Below are positions 29,207-38,601 of a DNA stretch of 49,775 bases, piece after piece. Numbering within the stretch: position 1 is the stretch's first letter; each line of letters starts with the position of its first letter. The DNA is taken from positions 1-49,775 of the forward strand of contig JBBRPR010000062.1 in assembly GCA_038227875.1 (NCBI GenBank). The letters run 5' to 3'. This DNA is from Planctomycetota bacterium. Its GTDB lineage: Bacteria > Planctomycetota > SZUA-567 > H5-PLA8. The notes under the pieces are model-generated. The model did not search any database and was not told where the DNA came from. It saw only the letters and a program-made list of their open reading frames with translations. The position numbers and the translations under genes were made by a program.

Positions 29207-29830
29207 CTACGCTTTACTGCTCTCAGCCGTCCCCACTCCCCACAGTTTCAGAATCTCTTGAACCTGCCGATCCACGTCCACGATTGTCCCAGTGTTCTCA
29301 ATGACTGCGTCGGCTTTCGCGCGCTTGGCTTGCTCCGGGTACAGACGCGATTCGCGGCGTTCCACTTCTCCTTCGTCCCATCCCCGTTCCGCCGCCCAGG
29401 CGTTTCGCCGTTCCAGCGGTGCGGCGACGAAGACGATTTTCTCACACACATCGTTGCGGCCGGATTCGAAGAGCGTCGGCGCGTCGAGCAGCAGTGCCGG
29501 AGCCGTCGAGTGCTTGAAGTGTACGATCGCGTCGGTAATGGCCTTGCCTGTGCGCGGAAAGATCACCTGCGACGTCAGCAGCTCCAGTTTCGCCGGATCG
29601 GCAAAGACGATCGCCGCCAGCGCCTTCCGGTCCACGTTCCCCTTTGCATCCAGCACCCCGCTGCCGAACCGGTCGCGCACGTCCGCGATCGCTTCCGGCT
29701 GCGTATAAATTCCACGGACTGCCTTGTCCGCGTCGTACACCGTCACTCCGCGACGCCGAAATGCCTCCGCCACGGTACTTTTTCCTGCGCACACCTGGCC
29801 GACAAGGCCGATCACGGGGCGCGGGTTCAC
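29207..29830 (-). CDS. coaE: Dephospho-CoA kinase
   Basis: [41 protein letters not shown]. Confidence 0.93.
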   Translation of the reverse strand: MNPRPVIGLVGQVCAGKSTVAEAFRRRGVTVYDADKAVRGIYTQPEAIADVRDRFGSGVLDAKGNVDRKALAAIVFADPAKLELLTSQVIFPRTGKAITDAIVHFKHSTAPALLLDAPTLFESGRNDVCEKIVFVAAPLERRNAWAAERGWDEGEVERRESRLYPEQAKRAKADAVIENTGTIVDVDRQVQEILKLWGVGTAESSKA

Positions 29831-29852
29831 TGCGAACCTCCGCGTGACTTTT

Positions 29853-29995
29853 TATTGCGGATTGCGGATTGCGGATTGCGGATAGGATTGGCGCCGCGCA
29901 GATCCGAATCAACTCTCCCCATCGAAAGATCCCTCGTCACTTCGCCCCTGCACGCGCCAACCTAATCCGCAATCCGCAATCCGAAATCCGCAATA
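29853..29995. repeat. 143-bp palindromic element with heptamer arms (ATTGCGG)n...(CCGCAAT)n
   Basis: Four ATTGCGG units plus ATAGGATTGGCGCCGCGCAG pair with CTGCACGCGCCAACCTAAT plus four CCGCAAT-like units. Confidence 0.88.
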
Positions 29996-30001
29996 CTGTT
30001 C

Positions 30002-32875
30002 TCAGTCCTTGGCACTGAGCCAATCGTCGCCAGCTCCCACATCCACCACCAATGGCACGTTCATCTTTAACGCGCCTTCCATCAGCTTTTTCACCATCAC
30101 CGTCAACTCTTTGACTTCGGACGGCGGGCACTCGAACAACAGTTCGTCGTGGATCTGGAGCAGCAGTGTTGCTTTCCAGCCGTCGGACTTCAACGTGCGG
30201 TGAATGTCGATCATTGCTTTCTTGATCAGGTCGGCAGCCGACCCTTGAAAGACCGTGTTGACCGCCAGCCGTTCACCCAGCGCCTGAGAGCCCCGATCGG
30301 AGGCTTTAAGTTGCGGAATGTAACGGCGACGACCCATGATCGTGGTGACAAACGTCTGCTCCCGGGCCTGGGCAACGATCTGATCGATGCATTGCCGGAC
30401 GCCCGAATGCTTCTGGAAATACGCGTTGATGATGTCCTGCGCTTCACGGCGGGAGATGTGCAACACACCGGACAAACCGAAGGCGGTCTGCCCATAGATA
30501 ATTCCAAAGTTGACGGCTTTCGCTTTCGCGCGCTGGTCGCGCGAAACGTCCTTTTCGGCACAGCCAAACAGTCCAGCGGCTACAGCGGTATGAATATCGA
30601 TGCCGCGGCTGAACGCATCCAAGAGTGCCGGATCCTGGCAGTAATGAGCCAGGATGCGCAATTCGATCTGCGAATAATCGGCGGCCAGGATCTTCCAGCC
30701 GTCGACGCCCGGCTTGAAAGCCGCGCGGATCGAGCGCCCCAGTTCGCTGCGGACGGGGATGTTCTGAAGGTTGGGGTCGTGAGACGCCAGCCGTCCGGTT
30801 TCCGCGCCCGTCTGAACAAACGTGGCGTGAATGCGCCCCGTTTTCTTGCAGATCTGTTCAGGCAGCTTGTCGACGTAGGTGTTCTTGAGCTTGAACATGG
30901 CGCGGTAGTCGAGCACCTTCCGCGGCAGCTCGTGCTTGGAGGCGAGTTCCTCAAGCACTTCTTCCGACGTCGAGTTCTTGCCCGTCGCCGTCTTGGTGCT
31001 CGATTCCAGTCCCAGCTTGTCGAAGAGCACCGCGCCCAGCTGCGAGGGGCTGCTGATGTTGAAACGCTCGCCGGCGATCTCGTAGATGTCGGTTTCCTGA
31101 GCGGCCAGCGATTGTTCCAACGTCTTCGACATCTTGCGCAGCAGATCGCCATCAACGCGAATACCGGCCGACTCCATGTCAGCGAGCACTTCGATCAACG
31201 GCATTTCAATCTCGCGCACCAGCGGCAGGATGCCCGCCTCTTCCAGCTTGGGCAGCACCAGCGCTGAAATCTGCCAGATATAGTCGGCGTTCTGACAGGC
31301 AAACGTCCCTGCGTCGGCGACGGGAACAAGATCGAGCGTGAGCTGGTTCTTGCCTTTGCCGAGCAGCGCGTCGGAACCGGTCTTGCGCACGCCGAGATAT
31401 TTGTAGGCGAGTTCTTCGAGCGAGAAGCGCGTCGCGCCTGGATCGAGCAGCCATTCGCCCAGATGCGTGTCGAAGGCGATGCCATGCATCGGCGCACCGG
31501 AATTTTCAAAGACGTGCGCGACGAGCTTGATGTTGTGCCCGATCTTCGCGACGTCCGGATCCTTCAGGACCGGTCCCAGCACCTTCAGCGCGTCCTTCAA
31601 ATCCAGCCGGCTGTCGTTCAGCGGGCCGGCGAAGGGCAGATACGCCGCGTGATGCGGGCTCCAGGCAAAGGCGGCTCCGAGGAGCCAGGCTTCGCGGGGA
31701 TGTGAACCGGACGCCAGCACGCTGATGGCAAGGCGCTTTTGTTTCGAGAATTCCTTGGCGAACGTCGCCAGCTTCTTCTCGTCGTCAATGATGGAGTAAT
31801 GCGTTTCCGCGGGAGGAGCGGCCGCGGGTGCGGCGGCTTCTGCGGCGGCGGCTTTGACTTCAAAATTCTTCAAACTGGCCGGATCGAGATCGCGCAGGAA
31901 CGTCTGGAATTCCAACCGCTTCAACAGCGGCGCGAGGCGATCGGCCTCGGGCGGCTTGCAACGGAATTTTTCCAGGTCCAGTTCGATCGGCAGTTCGGTA
32001 TTCAAGCGCGCCAGGTCGCGGCTGGCCCGAGCCCGTTCGTGCTGCGCGTAGAGATACGCTTCGACGACTTTGACGCCCTTGGGCGGCTTGACGCCGATGC
32101 GGTCTTCCTTTTCTTTTTCGCTGTCCACTTCATGCTCGGCGACGAATTTCAGGATCTCTGTGTCGAGATGCTTGAACTTGTCGTGCACGGCTTTCAGCGC
32201 CTGTTCCATGCTGCCGTGTTCCTGCAGCAGTTTCGTCGCCGTCTGTCCGCCCACGCCCGCGACGCCTGGAATGTTGTCGGCGTTGTCTCCCATGAAGCCC
32301 AGCCAGTCGATCACCTGCTCGGGCTTGATCCCCTTCAGATTCAGTACCGTCTCGGCGTCGTAGGTGATGTCCTTCATCGGGTCATAGACGGCGATGCTGT
32401 CGCAGACGAGCTGCAGCAGATCTTTGTCGCCGGTGACGATGATCGCGCGCAAGCCTTCCTTGGCCGCCTTGACTGCCAGCGTGCCGAGCACATCGTCGGC
32501 TTCGTAGCCTTCCATCTGCAGGGCGGGGACGCCGTAGCTTTCGCAGAGCTCCTGCGCCAGATCAATCTGGGGGCGGAGGTCGTCGGGCATGGCATCGCGC
32601 TGGGATTTGTAGCCGCTGAAGGCCTTGCCCAGTTTGGCGGCGTAGGCTTCGTAAAGTTCTTCGCGTTTGACCGGACCGTGAGGATCGAAGACGGCGGCGA
32701 GCAGATCGGGCTTGAAGCGGGACCGCAGCGAACGGAGCATGCCGGCGAACCCGAACACCGCGTTGGTCGGTGTTTTACGGTCCGCGGCGAACATGCGGTT
32801 GGGCACGGCGTGGTACGCCCTGTAAAGCTGAGCGTGGCCGTCAATCAGGTAGAGTGTTCGGGCCGCTGTGGCCAT
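30002..32875 (-). CDS. polA: DNA polymerase I
   Basis: LIDGH..YRAY, EADDVLG, GDKDLLQ, PNLQNIP, ADYSQIELR, AKAVNFGIIYG, LQIHDELLFE. Confidence 0.98.
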   Translation of the reverse strand: MATAARTLYLIDGHAQLYRAYHAVPNRMFAADRKTPTNAVFGFAGMLRSLRSRFKPDLLAAVFDPHGPVKREELYEAYAAKLGKAFSGYKSQRDAMPDDLRPQIDLAQELCESYGVPALQMEGYEADDVLGTLAVKAAKEGLRAIIVTGDKDLLQLVCDSIAVYDPMKDITYDAETVLNLKGIKPEQVIDWLGFMGDNADNIPGVAGVGGQTATKLLQEHGSMEQALKAVHDKFKHLDTEILKFVAEHEVDSEKEKEDRIGVKPPKGVKVVEAYLYAQHERARASRDLARLNTELPIELDLEKFRCKPPEADRLAPLLKRLEFQTFLRDLDPASLKNFEVKAAAAEAAAPAAAPPAETHYSIIDDEKKLATFAKEFSKQKRLAISVLASGSHPREAWLLGAAFAWSPHHAAYLPFAGPLNDSRLDLKDALKVLGPVLKDPDVAKIGHNIKLVAHVFENSGAPMHGIAFDTHLGEWLLDPGATRFSLEELAYKYLGVRKTGSDALLGKGKNQLTLDLVPVADAGTFACQNADYIWQISALVLPKLEEAGILPLVREIEMPLIEVLADMESAGIRVDGDLLRKMSKTLEQSLAAQETDIYEIAGERFNISSPSQLGAVLFDKLGLESSTKTATGKNSTSEEVLEELASKHELPRKVLDYRAMFKLKNTYVDKLPEQICKKTGRIHATFVQTGAETGRLASHDPNLQNIPVRSELGRSIRAAFKPGVDGWKILAADYSQIELRILAHYCQDPALLDAFSRGIDIHTAVAAGLFGCAEKDVSRDQRAKAKAVNFGIIYGQTAFGLSGVLHISRREAQDIINAYFQKHSGVRQCIDQIVAQAREQTFVTTIMGRRRYIPQLKASDRGSQALGERLAVNTVFQGSAADLIKKAMIDIHRTLKSDGWKATLLLQIHDELLFECPPSEVKELTVMVKKLMEGALKMNVPLVVDVGAGDDWLSAKD

Positions 32876-33161
32876 ATACCGGTCAAACCAACACGTTGCG
32901 ATGCCAAAGAGGAGAAACAGAGTGAACGACGTGAACTTGGAGGGGCCATCCAGTCAGGATGATACAACAGTTCATTGTTACTCGACTCTGCTCACACGGG
33001 CCTCTAAGGCGATGTTAAAAAGGGGAAAACGGATCGAACGGACGGTCCAGGAACCCACAGATGATGTTGCAGAAAATATAGCTCTCTGCTTTTTCCCGTA
33101 GACCAATGCTCGTTTGTCAATTGAATGGTACAGCAGAGTGGTCTTCGGAGAACTTGGACGT

Positions 33162-33189
33162 ACGGTAGCAACTCCGCAGAGCTTGTCAA
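33162..33189 (-). promoter_or_regulatory. Possible sigma70 promoter facing polA
   Basis: TTGACA-16 nt-TACCGT with TG one base before the -10 box. Confidence 0.4.
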
Positions 33190-33269
33190 GACATTTCACG
33201 CGCGCGAAAATATTTTGCCCTGACGGTGCCACGGATGCGCGCGGTGTTGAGCGCAGCGAAAGTCTGCGT

Positions 33270-33650
33270 TCATCCGTGCGTTGCGCAGGAGACATCCTTG
33301 CCTTCGGACCTGTCAGCTTTCCGAATCAGAGCTTCACTAACCACCACTGGTCCAACCATGAGATACGTCCAAGCTAAAAGATTGATGCCCAGCGCCGGTA
33401 TCAGGTAGAATTCTTCGACCCAGTCGCCAAAACCATTCCAGCGGTGCATATCTTCCTGCGTTTCGCACTCCAAAAACGGAAGAGGCCAGCCATAGACTCG
33501 ATCAGTTTCTTGATCGCCGCCGTAAGGCGTATGAACGACATACGCGCCGTAACTTCCGCGCATATTAAGCCCGATTACCCCGCTCAATATAATCATTGCG
33601 ACCAGCGCAGTGAGCAAATGAAACCGAAACCATGGCCGCGGGGAAATCAT
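33270..33650 (-). CDS. Small membrane protein, paralogue of 39573-39953
   Basis: PRPWFRFHLLTALV-TM-N...YGWPLPF...TM-SEALIRK; 126 aa from ATG 33650. Confidence 0.7.
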   Translation of the reverse strand: MISPRPWFRFHLLTALVAMIILSGVIGLNMRGSYGAYVVHTPYGGDQETDRVYGWPLPFLECETQEDMHRWNGFGDWVEEFYLIPALGINLLAWTYLMVGPVVVSEALIRKADRSEGKDVSCATHG

Positions 33651-33750
33651 GTAGAAGTCAACCGCCAAGTCGACGCAGAGGTCAGCTTGACAACGGTAAT
33701 GATCTTTTGTTTTTGGTGGATTTTCCCCTCGCTCCGGTCATAGTTAAGGA

Positions 33751-35358
33751 GTGCAGCGAGGGCCGTTCTCAAGAATGTGTGCCGCTCCAAAATCGATCCG
33801 TTTGAACTCTGTGCGCGCCGCGCTCGCCGCCTTGCTGCTCTGTCCTTCCGTTTTCGCCATCGACATCCATCTGAACAATACGCCCAGCACCACCACGACC
33901 TCGCCGGGCGACGAAGAAGATCCCGATATCGAATTGGCCACGCGCCTGGAACGCGGCTTCACCAAGCTCGCCAAACGCGTCGGGCAATCGGTGGTCAGTT
34001 TGAAAGTCCACACCAAGCAGGGCACGTGGGTCGAAGAGCTCAAACGCATGAGCGATCAGTACGGCTCCACGCAGCAGCGCGATTTTGAAGGCTCCGGCGT
34101 CGTCATCGATCCGGCAGGCATGATTGTCACCAATGAGCACGTGATCCGCGGCGCCGATTCGATCCAGGTTCAGTTCGCCGACGGCCGCGTCGTGCCCGCG
34201 CAACTCTGCGGCAGCGATCCGCGCAGCGATCTGGCCGTGATCAAACTGACCGGCGACGACATCCCCAAGAATCTCAAATGCGCCGCGCTCGGCGATTCCG
34301 ATGCCGTCGACGTCGGCCAATGGGTGATCGCCGTCGGTAATCCATTCGGCCTGGCCAACACGTTTACGCTGGGCATCGTCAGCGCCCGCGCGCGCAGCAT
34401 GCCGGAACACAATTTCAACACCGATGTCTTCTACGGCAATCTGATCCAGACCGATGCGGCGATCAACCCGGGAAATTCCGGCGGCGCGCTGTTTAACATG
34501 CGCGGCCAGTTGGTCGGCATCAACACGATGATCTTCTCGAAGACCGGCATCTCGCAAGGCTTCGGGTTTGCCATCCCCAGCAACCTACTCAACAAACGCC
34601 TCGCCTTGCTGAAGTCGGGCCGCGAAGTCGAATACGGCTGGCTGGGCATCCAGCTTCGCGACATCGATCCGGTTCATTCCACCTTCAACGTGCCGGACAA
34701 CAAAGGCGTGCTGATCGAAGGCGTCATTCCCAACACGCCCGCCGACCGCGCCGGTTTGCAGCCGATGATGGTGGTGCTGAATTTCGACGGCCGGCGCGTC
34801 GCCAACAAAGAAGAGCTGATCTCCGCCGTCAACGAAACGCCCATCGGCCACACCGCGAAGATCACCGCGCTCGACCGGCAGGGGAAAGTGGTTGACGTTT
34901 CGGTGAAAATCTCCAAGCGCAATCCCGAACTGGTCCAGGCCAGCGTCTTCGGCCGCGTCAAAGAGAACTCCGAGCCGGTCGACTTGGAAGAAGGCCTCAA
35001 CGATCCCGACAGCGGCGCTGCGCCGGAAAAGAAAGTCGACGCCGCCGCCACGCCTGCTCCCGCCGTGCCCGCTAGCCTGAGCTACATGTGGCGCGGCCTG
35101 CAGGTGAAAGAACTGACCGCCGACGACGGCAAGAAGCGCGGCGGCCGCTTGGAAGTCACGCGTGTGAAAAAAGGTTCGCCCGCCGACCGCGCCGGACTCT
35201 ACGAAGGCGCGATCATCACCGAACTGCGCAGCGCCAACAGCCCCGGCGTGCGGACGCTGCAGGGCGTCGACGATTTCAAACGCGAAGCCACCGCCAGCGC
35301 CGGCAGCGTGATGTTGAACACGGCCGGCGACGGGTTGATTCAAATCGACGAGAAGTAG
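33751..35358 (+). CDS. HtrA/DegP-family serine protease with PDZ domains
   Basis: TNEHV, RSDLAVIK, QTDAAINPGNSGG, GWLGI, two PDZ-like segments. Confidence 0.93.
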   Translation: MQRGPFSRMCAAPKSIRLNSVRAALAALLLCPSVFAIDIHLNNTPSTTTTSPGDEEDPDIELATRLERGFTKLAKRVGQSVVSLKVHTKQGTWVEELKRMSDQYGSTQQRDFEGSGVVIDPAGMIVTNEHVIRGADSIQVQFADGRVVPAQLCGSDPRSDLAVIKLTGDDIPKNLKCAALGDSDAVDVGQWVIAVGNPFGLANTFTLGIVSARARSMPEHNFNTDVFYGNLIQTDAAINPGNSGGALFNMRGQLVGINTMIFSKTGISQGFGFAIPSNLLNKRLALLKSGREVEYGWLGIQLRDIDPVHSTFNVPDNKGVLIEGVIPNTPADRAGLQPMMVVLNFDGRRVANKEELISAVNETPIGHTAKITALDRQGKVVDVSVKISKRNPELVQASVFGRVKENSEPVDLEEGLNDPDSGAAPEKKVDAAATPAPAVPASLSYMWRGLQVKELTADDGKKRGGRLEVTRVKKGSPADRAGLYEGAIITELRSANSPGVRTLQGVDDFKREATASAGSVMLNTAGDGLIQIDEK

Positions 35359-35370
35359 ACGTTCCTCGCT

Positions 35371-36549
35371 TCAATTTCCATGCGAAATCAGGATGCCGAC
35401 GCCGCCGGCAATCAGAATTAGAATCGGCTCAGGCACTTTCTTCGTCGAAACCAGCACAGCAAGAGTAGCCAGGCAAATGATGGCCGTGGGAATATCGCCG
35501 ATGGCCTGTCGGCCCAGCACGAATGCCGCGCCGGCGATGGCGCCTGTTGCCGCCGCGGTGACTCCGGCGATACACGCTTTCACTTTGGGATTGGAGCCGA
35601 ATTTCTTATAGTACGGCGCGAGCAGCACAACGAATAGAAACGGCGGAATGAATACCCCCGCGGCCGCGAGACACGCGCCCACGGGTCCGGCCGCCAGGTA
35701 ACCAATGAAGCCTGAAGTGATGACCACCGGACCCGGTGTGATCATGGCGACCGCAACTGAATCCAGGAATTGCTGCGTGTTCAACCAGTGATACCGATCC
35801 ACCACGCCTTCTCGCAAAAAGGGCACAATAGCCAGGCCGCTCCCGAACACAAAAGCGCCGGCCTCGGTAAAAAATAGAAAGACGCGCGTTAACGTGCCAT
35901 GATCGGCCGGAGCCCCCGTAAGCCCGGTGATGAACCAGGGAAACAGGACCAGAGTAGGGGCCGTAGTCTTTCTCGGGAAAGCGCGAATGAGCAGAACCAG
36001 CAAGCCGCTGCCGATGAACAGCAAGATGCTTTCTTTTTGAGTAATTGCAGTGAACAGAGCGCTTATTGCAAATACGAACCAGAGCAGAACGTCTTTGGCC
36101 AGCGTTAATTTGGTCAGTTTCCAGGCGCTGCGTGCGATGATTGCAATAACCGCCGCCTTGATTCCGTAGAACACTCCCTGAATCCAACCCATGCCTCCGT
36201 ATTGGATGTAGGCCGCAGCCAGTGCCAGCACCATCAGAAATGACGGGAGCACGAAGGCCAAGCCTGTCAGCGCGGCTCCGAGAAATCCGGCACGCATCCA
36301 GCCCAGGTACATCGCCAGTTGCGCCGCCAGGGGGCCGGGTGATAGCTGCGAAAATGCGAGTCCTTCGACGTAGTCTTCCTTGGCGACCCATTTCCGTTGA
36401 TCCACCAGATCGCGCTGCATGTAGCCGACCAGAGCAATAGGTCCTCCGAACCCGAAGGTTCCTAATTTCAGAAAATACAACAGGAACGCGCTTAAACTCG
36501 CGGGCGGAGCCACGGGCGTTGTTTCATTCTCAGGTGTTGTCTCGTCCAT
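35371..36549 (-). CDS. chrA: Chromate transporter, long-chain CHR family
   Basis: LGTFGFGGPIA, QLSPGPLA, FGSGLAIVP, TPGPV. Confidence 0.94.
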   Translation of the reverse strand: MDETTPENETTPVAPPASLSAFLLYFLKLGTFGFGGPIALVGYMQRDLVDQRKWVAKEDYVEGLAFSQLSPGPLAAQLAMYLGWMRAGFLGAALTGLAFVLPSFLMVLALAAAYIQYGGMGWIQGVFYGIKAAVIAIIARSAWKLTKLTLAKDVLLWFVFAISALFTAITQKESILLFIGSGLLVLLIRAFPRKTTAPTLVLFPWFITGLTGAPADHGTLTRVFLFFTEAGAFVFGSGLAIVPFLREGVVDRYHWLNTQQFLDSVAVAMITPGPVVITSGFIGYLAAGPVGACLAAAGVFIPPFLFVVLLAPYYKKFGSNPKVKACIAGVTAAATGAIAGAAFVLGRQAIGDIPTAIICLATLAVLVSTKKVPEPILILIAGGVGILISHGN

Positions 36550-36576
36550 TTTTGTGAAGTTTCTCGTATGGAGTCG

Positions 36577-37494
36577 TTAACGCTTTAGCGCGGCGTAAAG
36601 CCCATCCAGCATTTCGAAGCCCTTTTCGTAGATCGTGTCATCCGAAACATTGAGCTTGGCCATTCCTTTGAATACACGATCGAGCCCGACCGCCTCAATC
36701 CGTTTAAATTTTTCATCTTCCAGATCCGCATCGTGAACCATCTCGGCAATCGAACGGATGGCGCTATCTACGATTTCGAATCGCTTCACCAGGGTCTCGA
36801 AGGTGCAGTCGTCGCCGTGATGCGTAAAGTCCACCTCGAACATGTCGTAGGGGATCGCTTTCGGATAATCCTTCAACTTGGTCGAAAACACAAACGTGGC
36901 GGCCGGATCGATGAATTTCTTGATCAGCCACGCTGACGCGACACGATCAATCTCCGGCCGGGGGCGCGTCAGCCACTGGCGCCGGGAGTAATCCTTGCGA
37001 TGAACGCGCGGCGCCTGGCGAGTCTTTTTCTGCAGCAGGCTTTCGGCTTCCCGCAGCATCATCAGCGCGTCCTGAGCTTTGGCACATTTGAAGTAGTCCA
37101 TTTCATTGAGCTCTAGAAACCGAGTCTGGAACTTATCGATATCCGACGCAAAGGTGCCGGCTGGACGCTTCTTATTGGCACGCACGAACTCGGAGAGTTC
37201 TGAAGCCAGCGCCGCATAGTCTTTGGCACGCGCCTCATTGAACATCTGCACGACCTTCTCGTGTGCCAACCCTTCAATTTCGCTCACCCTGATCAGTGTG
37301 GCTTCACCGCCGTCGTCCCGGATCTGAGTTGCGAGCCACTGAAAACGTTCATAGTGCCGGGGCTCATCGGGCAGGATGTACGCGGAAGTTTTGATGGGCA
37401 TCGCGCCAAACTTTTTCAGCTTGCGCCAGAGTTGAACCCGGCCGGCGTTCTGGCGCGTCGGGAGTCCATAGAGAAGAAGAATCCAGGAGTTCAT
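36577..37494 (-). CDS. chrB: Chromate resistance protein ChrB
   Basis: RVQLWRKLKKFGA N-domain; WLTRPRPEIDRVASAWLIKKFID and FTHHGDDCTFE C-domain. Confidence 0.92.
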   Translation of the reverse strand: MNSWILLLYGLPTRQNAGRVQLWRKLKKFGAMPIKTSAYILPDEPRHYERFQWLATQIRDDGGEATLIRVSEIEGLAHEKVVQMFNEARAKDYAALASELSEFVRANKKRPAGTFASDIDKFQTRFLELNEMDYFKCAKAQDALMMLREAESLLQKKTRQAPRVHRKDYSRRQWLTRPRPEIDRVASAWLIKKFIDPAATFVFSTKLKDYPKAIPYDMFEVDFTHHGDDCTFETLVKRFEIVDSAIRSIAEMVHDADLEDEKFKRIEAVGLDRVFKGMAKLNVSDDTIYEKGFEMLDGLYAALKR

Positions 37495-37505
37495 GACTTG
37501 TTTTC

Positions 37506-37551
37506 TTACACGGATGTAATATCTATTTCAACTGAGATTTTCGTATTACAT
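37506..37551. promoter_or_regulatory. Putative operator in the divergent chrB / DUF1259 spacer
   Basis: TTACA-CGGA-TGTAA (37506-37519) and ATGTAATA-N22-TATTACAT (37514-37551). Confidence 0.5.
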
Positions 37552-37568
37552 ATTTATAGGAGATCGAG

Positions 37569-38462
37569 ATGCGAATCCTGCTCAGCCTTCTCACGTGTTT
37601 CATTGCGACCGCCGCCCTCGGCGGTGAAGCAGCGCTCGACACGGCAAAAATTGAGCAACTCACCGGCCTGAAGGGGACCATGAACGAGCAGGAGAAAGTG
37701 TTCAAGGTTATGGCTCCACGGACGGACGTGAAGGTGACGATTGATCAGGTGTCCATGCCGCCGTTCATGGGGCTGACTTCCTGGGCTGCATTTCAGGCAG
37801 ACCCCAAGGGCGGAGCCATGGTCATGGGCGACCTGGTTCTGTTCCAGGACGAAGTTAACCCGGTGATGTCCGTGCTTCTGGACAGCGGTGTCGCGGTGAC
37901 CGCGCTGCATAACCACTTTTTCTTCGATGAGCCCAAAGTCTATTTCATGCATCTCGGCGGTTCCGGCGAACTGGACGGCCTCGCGACCGGAGTGAAAAAA
38001 GCCCTCGATAAGGTGAAGGAAATTCGCACGGCCAAGCCGGCGCCATCGACAGAATTTGGCGGCAAACCGCTCGCCTCGCCGAGCACCATCACCGCGAAGA
38101 CCATCGAAGACGCGCTGGGAACAAAGGGCACCAGCAAGGACGGAATGTACAAAGCCGTGATGGGTCTGACTGTCAAGATGCCCTGCGGCTGCGATGTGGG
38201 GAAAGAGATGGGCGTCAACACGTGGGCGGCCTTTATTGGCAGTGATGACAACGCGATCGTCGACGGCGATTTCGCGGTTCATGAAGGCGAACTGCAGCCC
38301 GTGTTGAAAGCATTACGAGCCGGCGGTGTCAATATCGTGGCCATCCATCACCACATGCTGGAGGAAACGCCTCGCATCATTTTTCTGCACTACTGGGGCA
38401 AGGGCGACGCCGCTGCACTGGCCAAGACGGTGAAGTCCGCATTGGATGTAACGAAGAAATAG
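37569..38462 (+). CDS. Exported tandem DUF1259 (LppY/LpqO-like) protein
   Basis: Signal peptide; WAAF, GDLVL..DEVNPV, TALHNHFFFDEPKVYFMH, repeated as AIHHHMLEETPRIIFLHYWG. Confidence 0.9.
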   Translation: MRILLSLLTCFIATAALGGEAALDTAKIEQLTGLKGTMNEQEKVFKVMAPRTDVKVTIDQVSMPPFMGLTSWAAFQADPKGGAMVMGDLVLFQDEVNPVMSVLLDSGVAVTALHNHFFFDEPKVYFMHLGGSGELDGLATGVKKALDKVKEIRTAKPAPSTEFGGKPLASPSTITAKTIEDALGTKGTSKDGMYKAVMGLTVKMPCGCDVGKEMGVNTWAAFIGSDDNAIVDGDFAVHEGELQPVLKALRAGGVNIVAIHHHMLEETPRIIFLHYWGKGDAAALAKTVKSALDVTKK

Positions 38463-38601
38463 TATTCGTTTTCGACTTTCGCAAACGTTGATGCAGGCGG
38501 TGAAAATGGGGTAATCGCAGGCCGGTGTGTAGCCCCCGTCTTTCAAATTCTGCTCGCTGATATCGTCGTTACGGCTCGCCCGAATGAAAAGGTTCTAATG
38601 T

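Noticed and set aside
32978..33295. Short ORFs between polA and the small membrane gene
   Set aside because: No RBS or motif; a promoter and RNA structure explain the region better.
38490..38550. Cobalamin- or fluoride-riboswitch-like sequence
   Set aside because: Only scattered short matches; conserved cores and stems absent.
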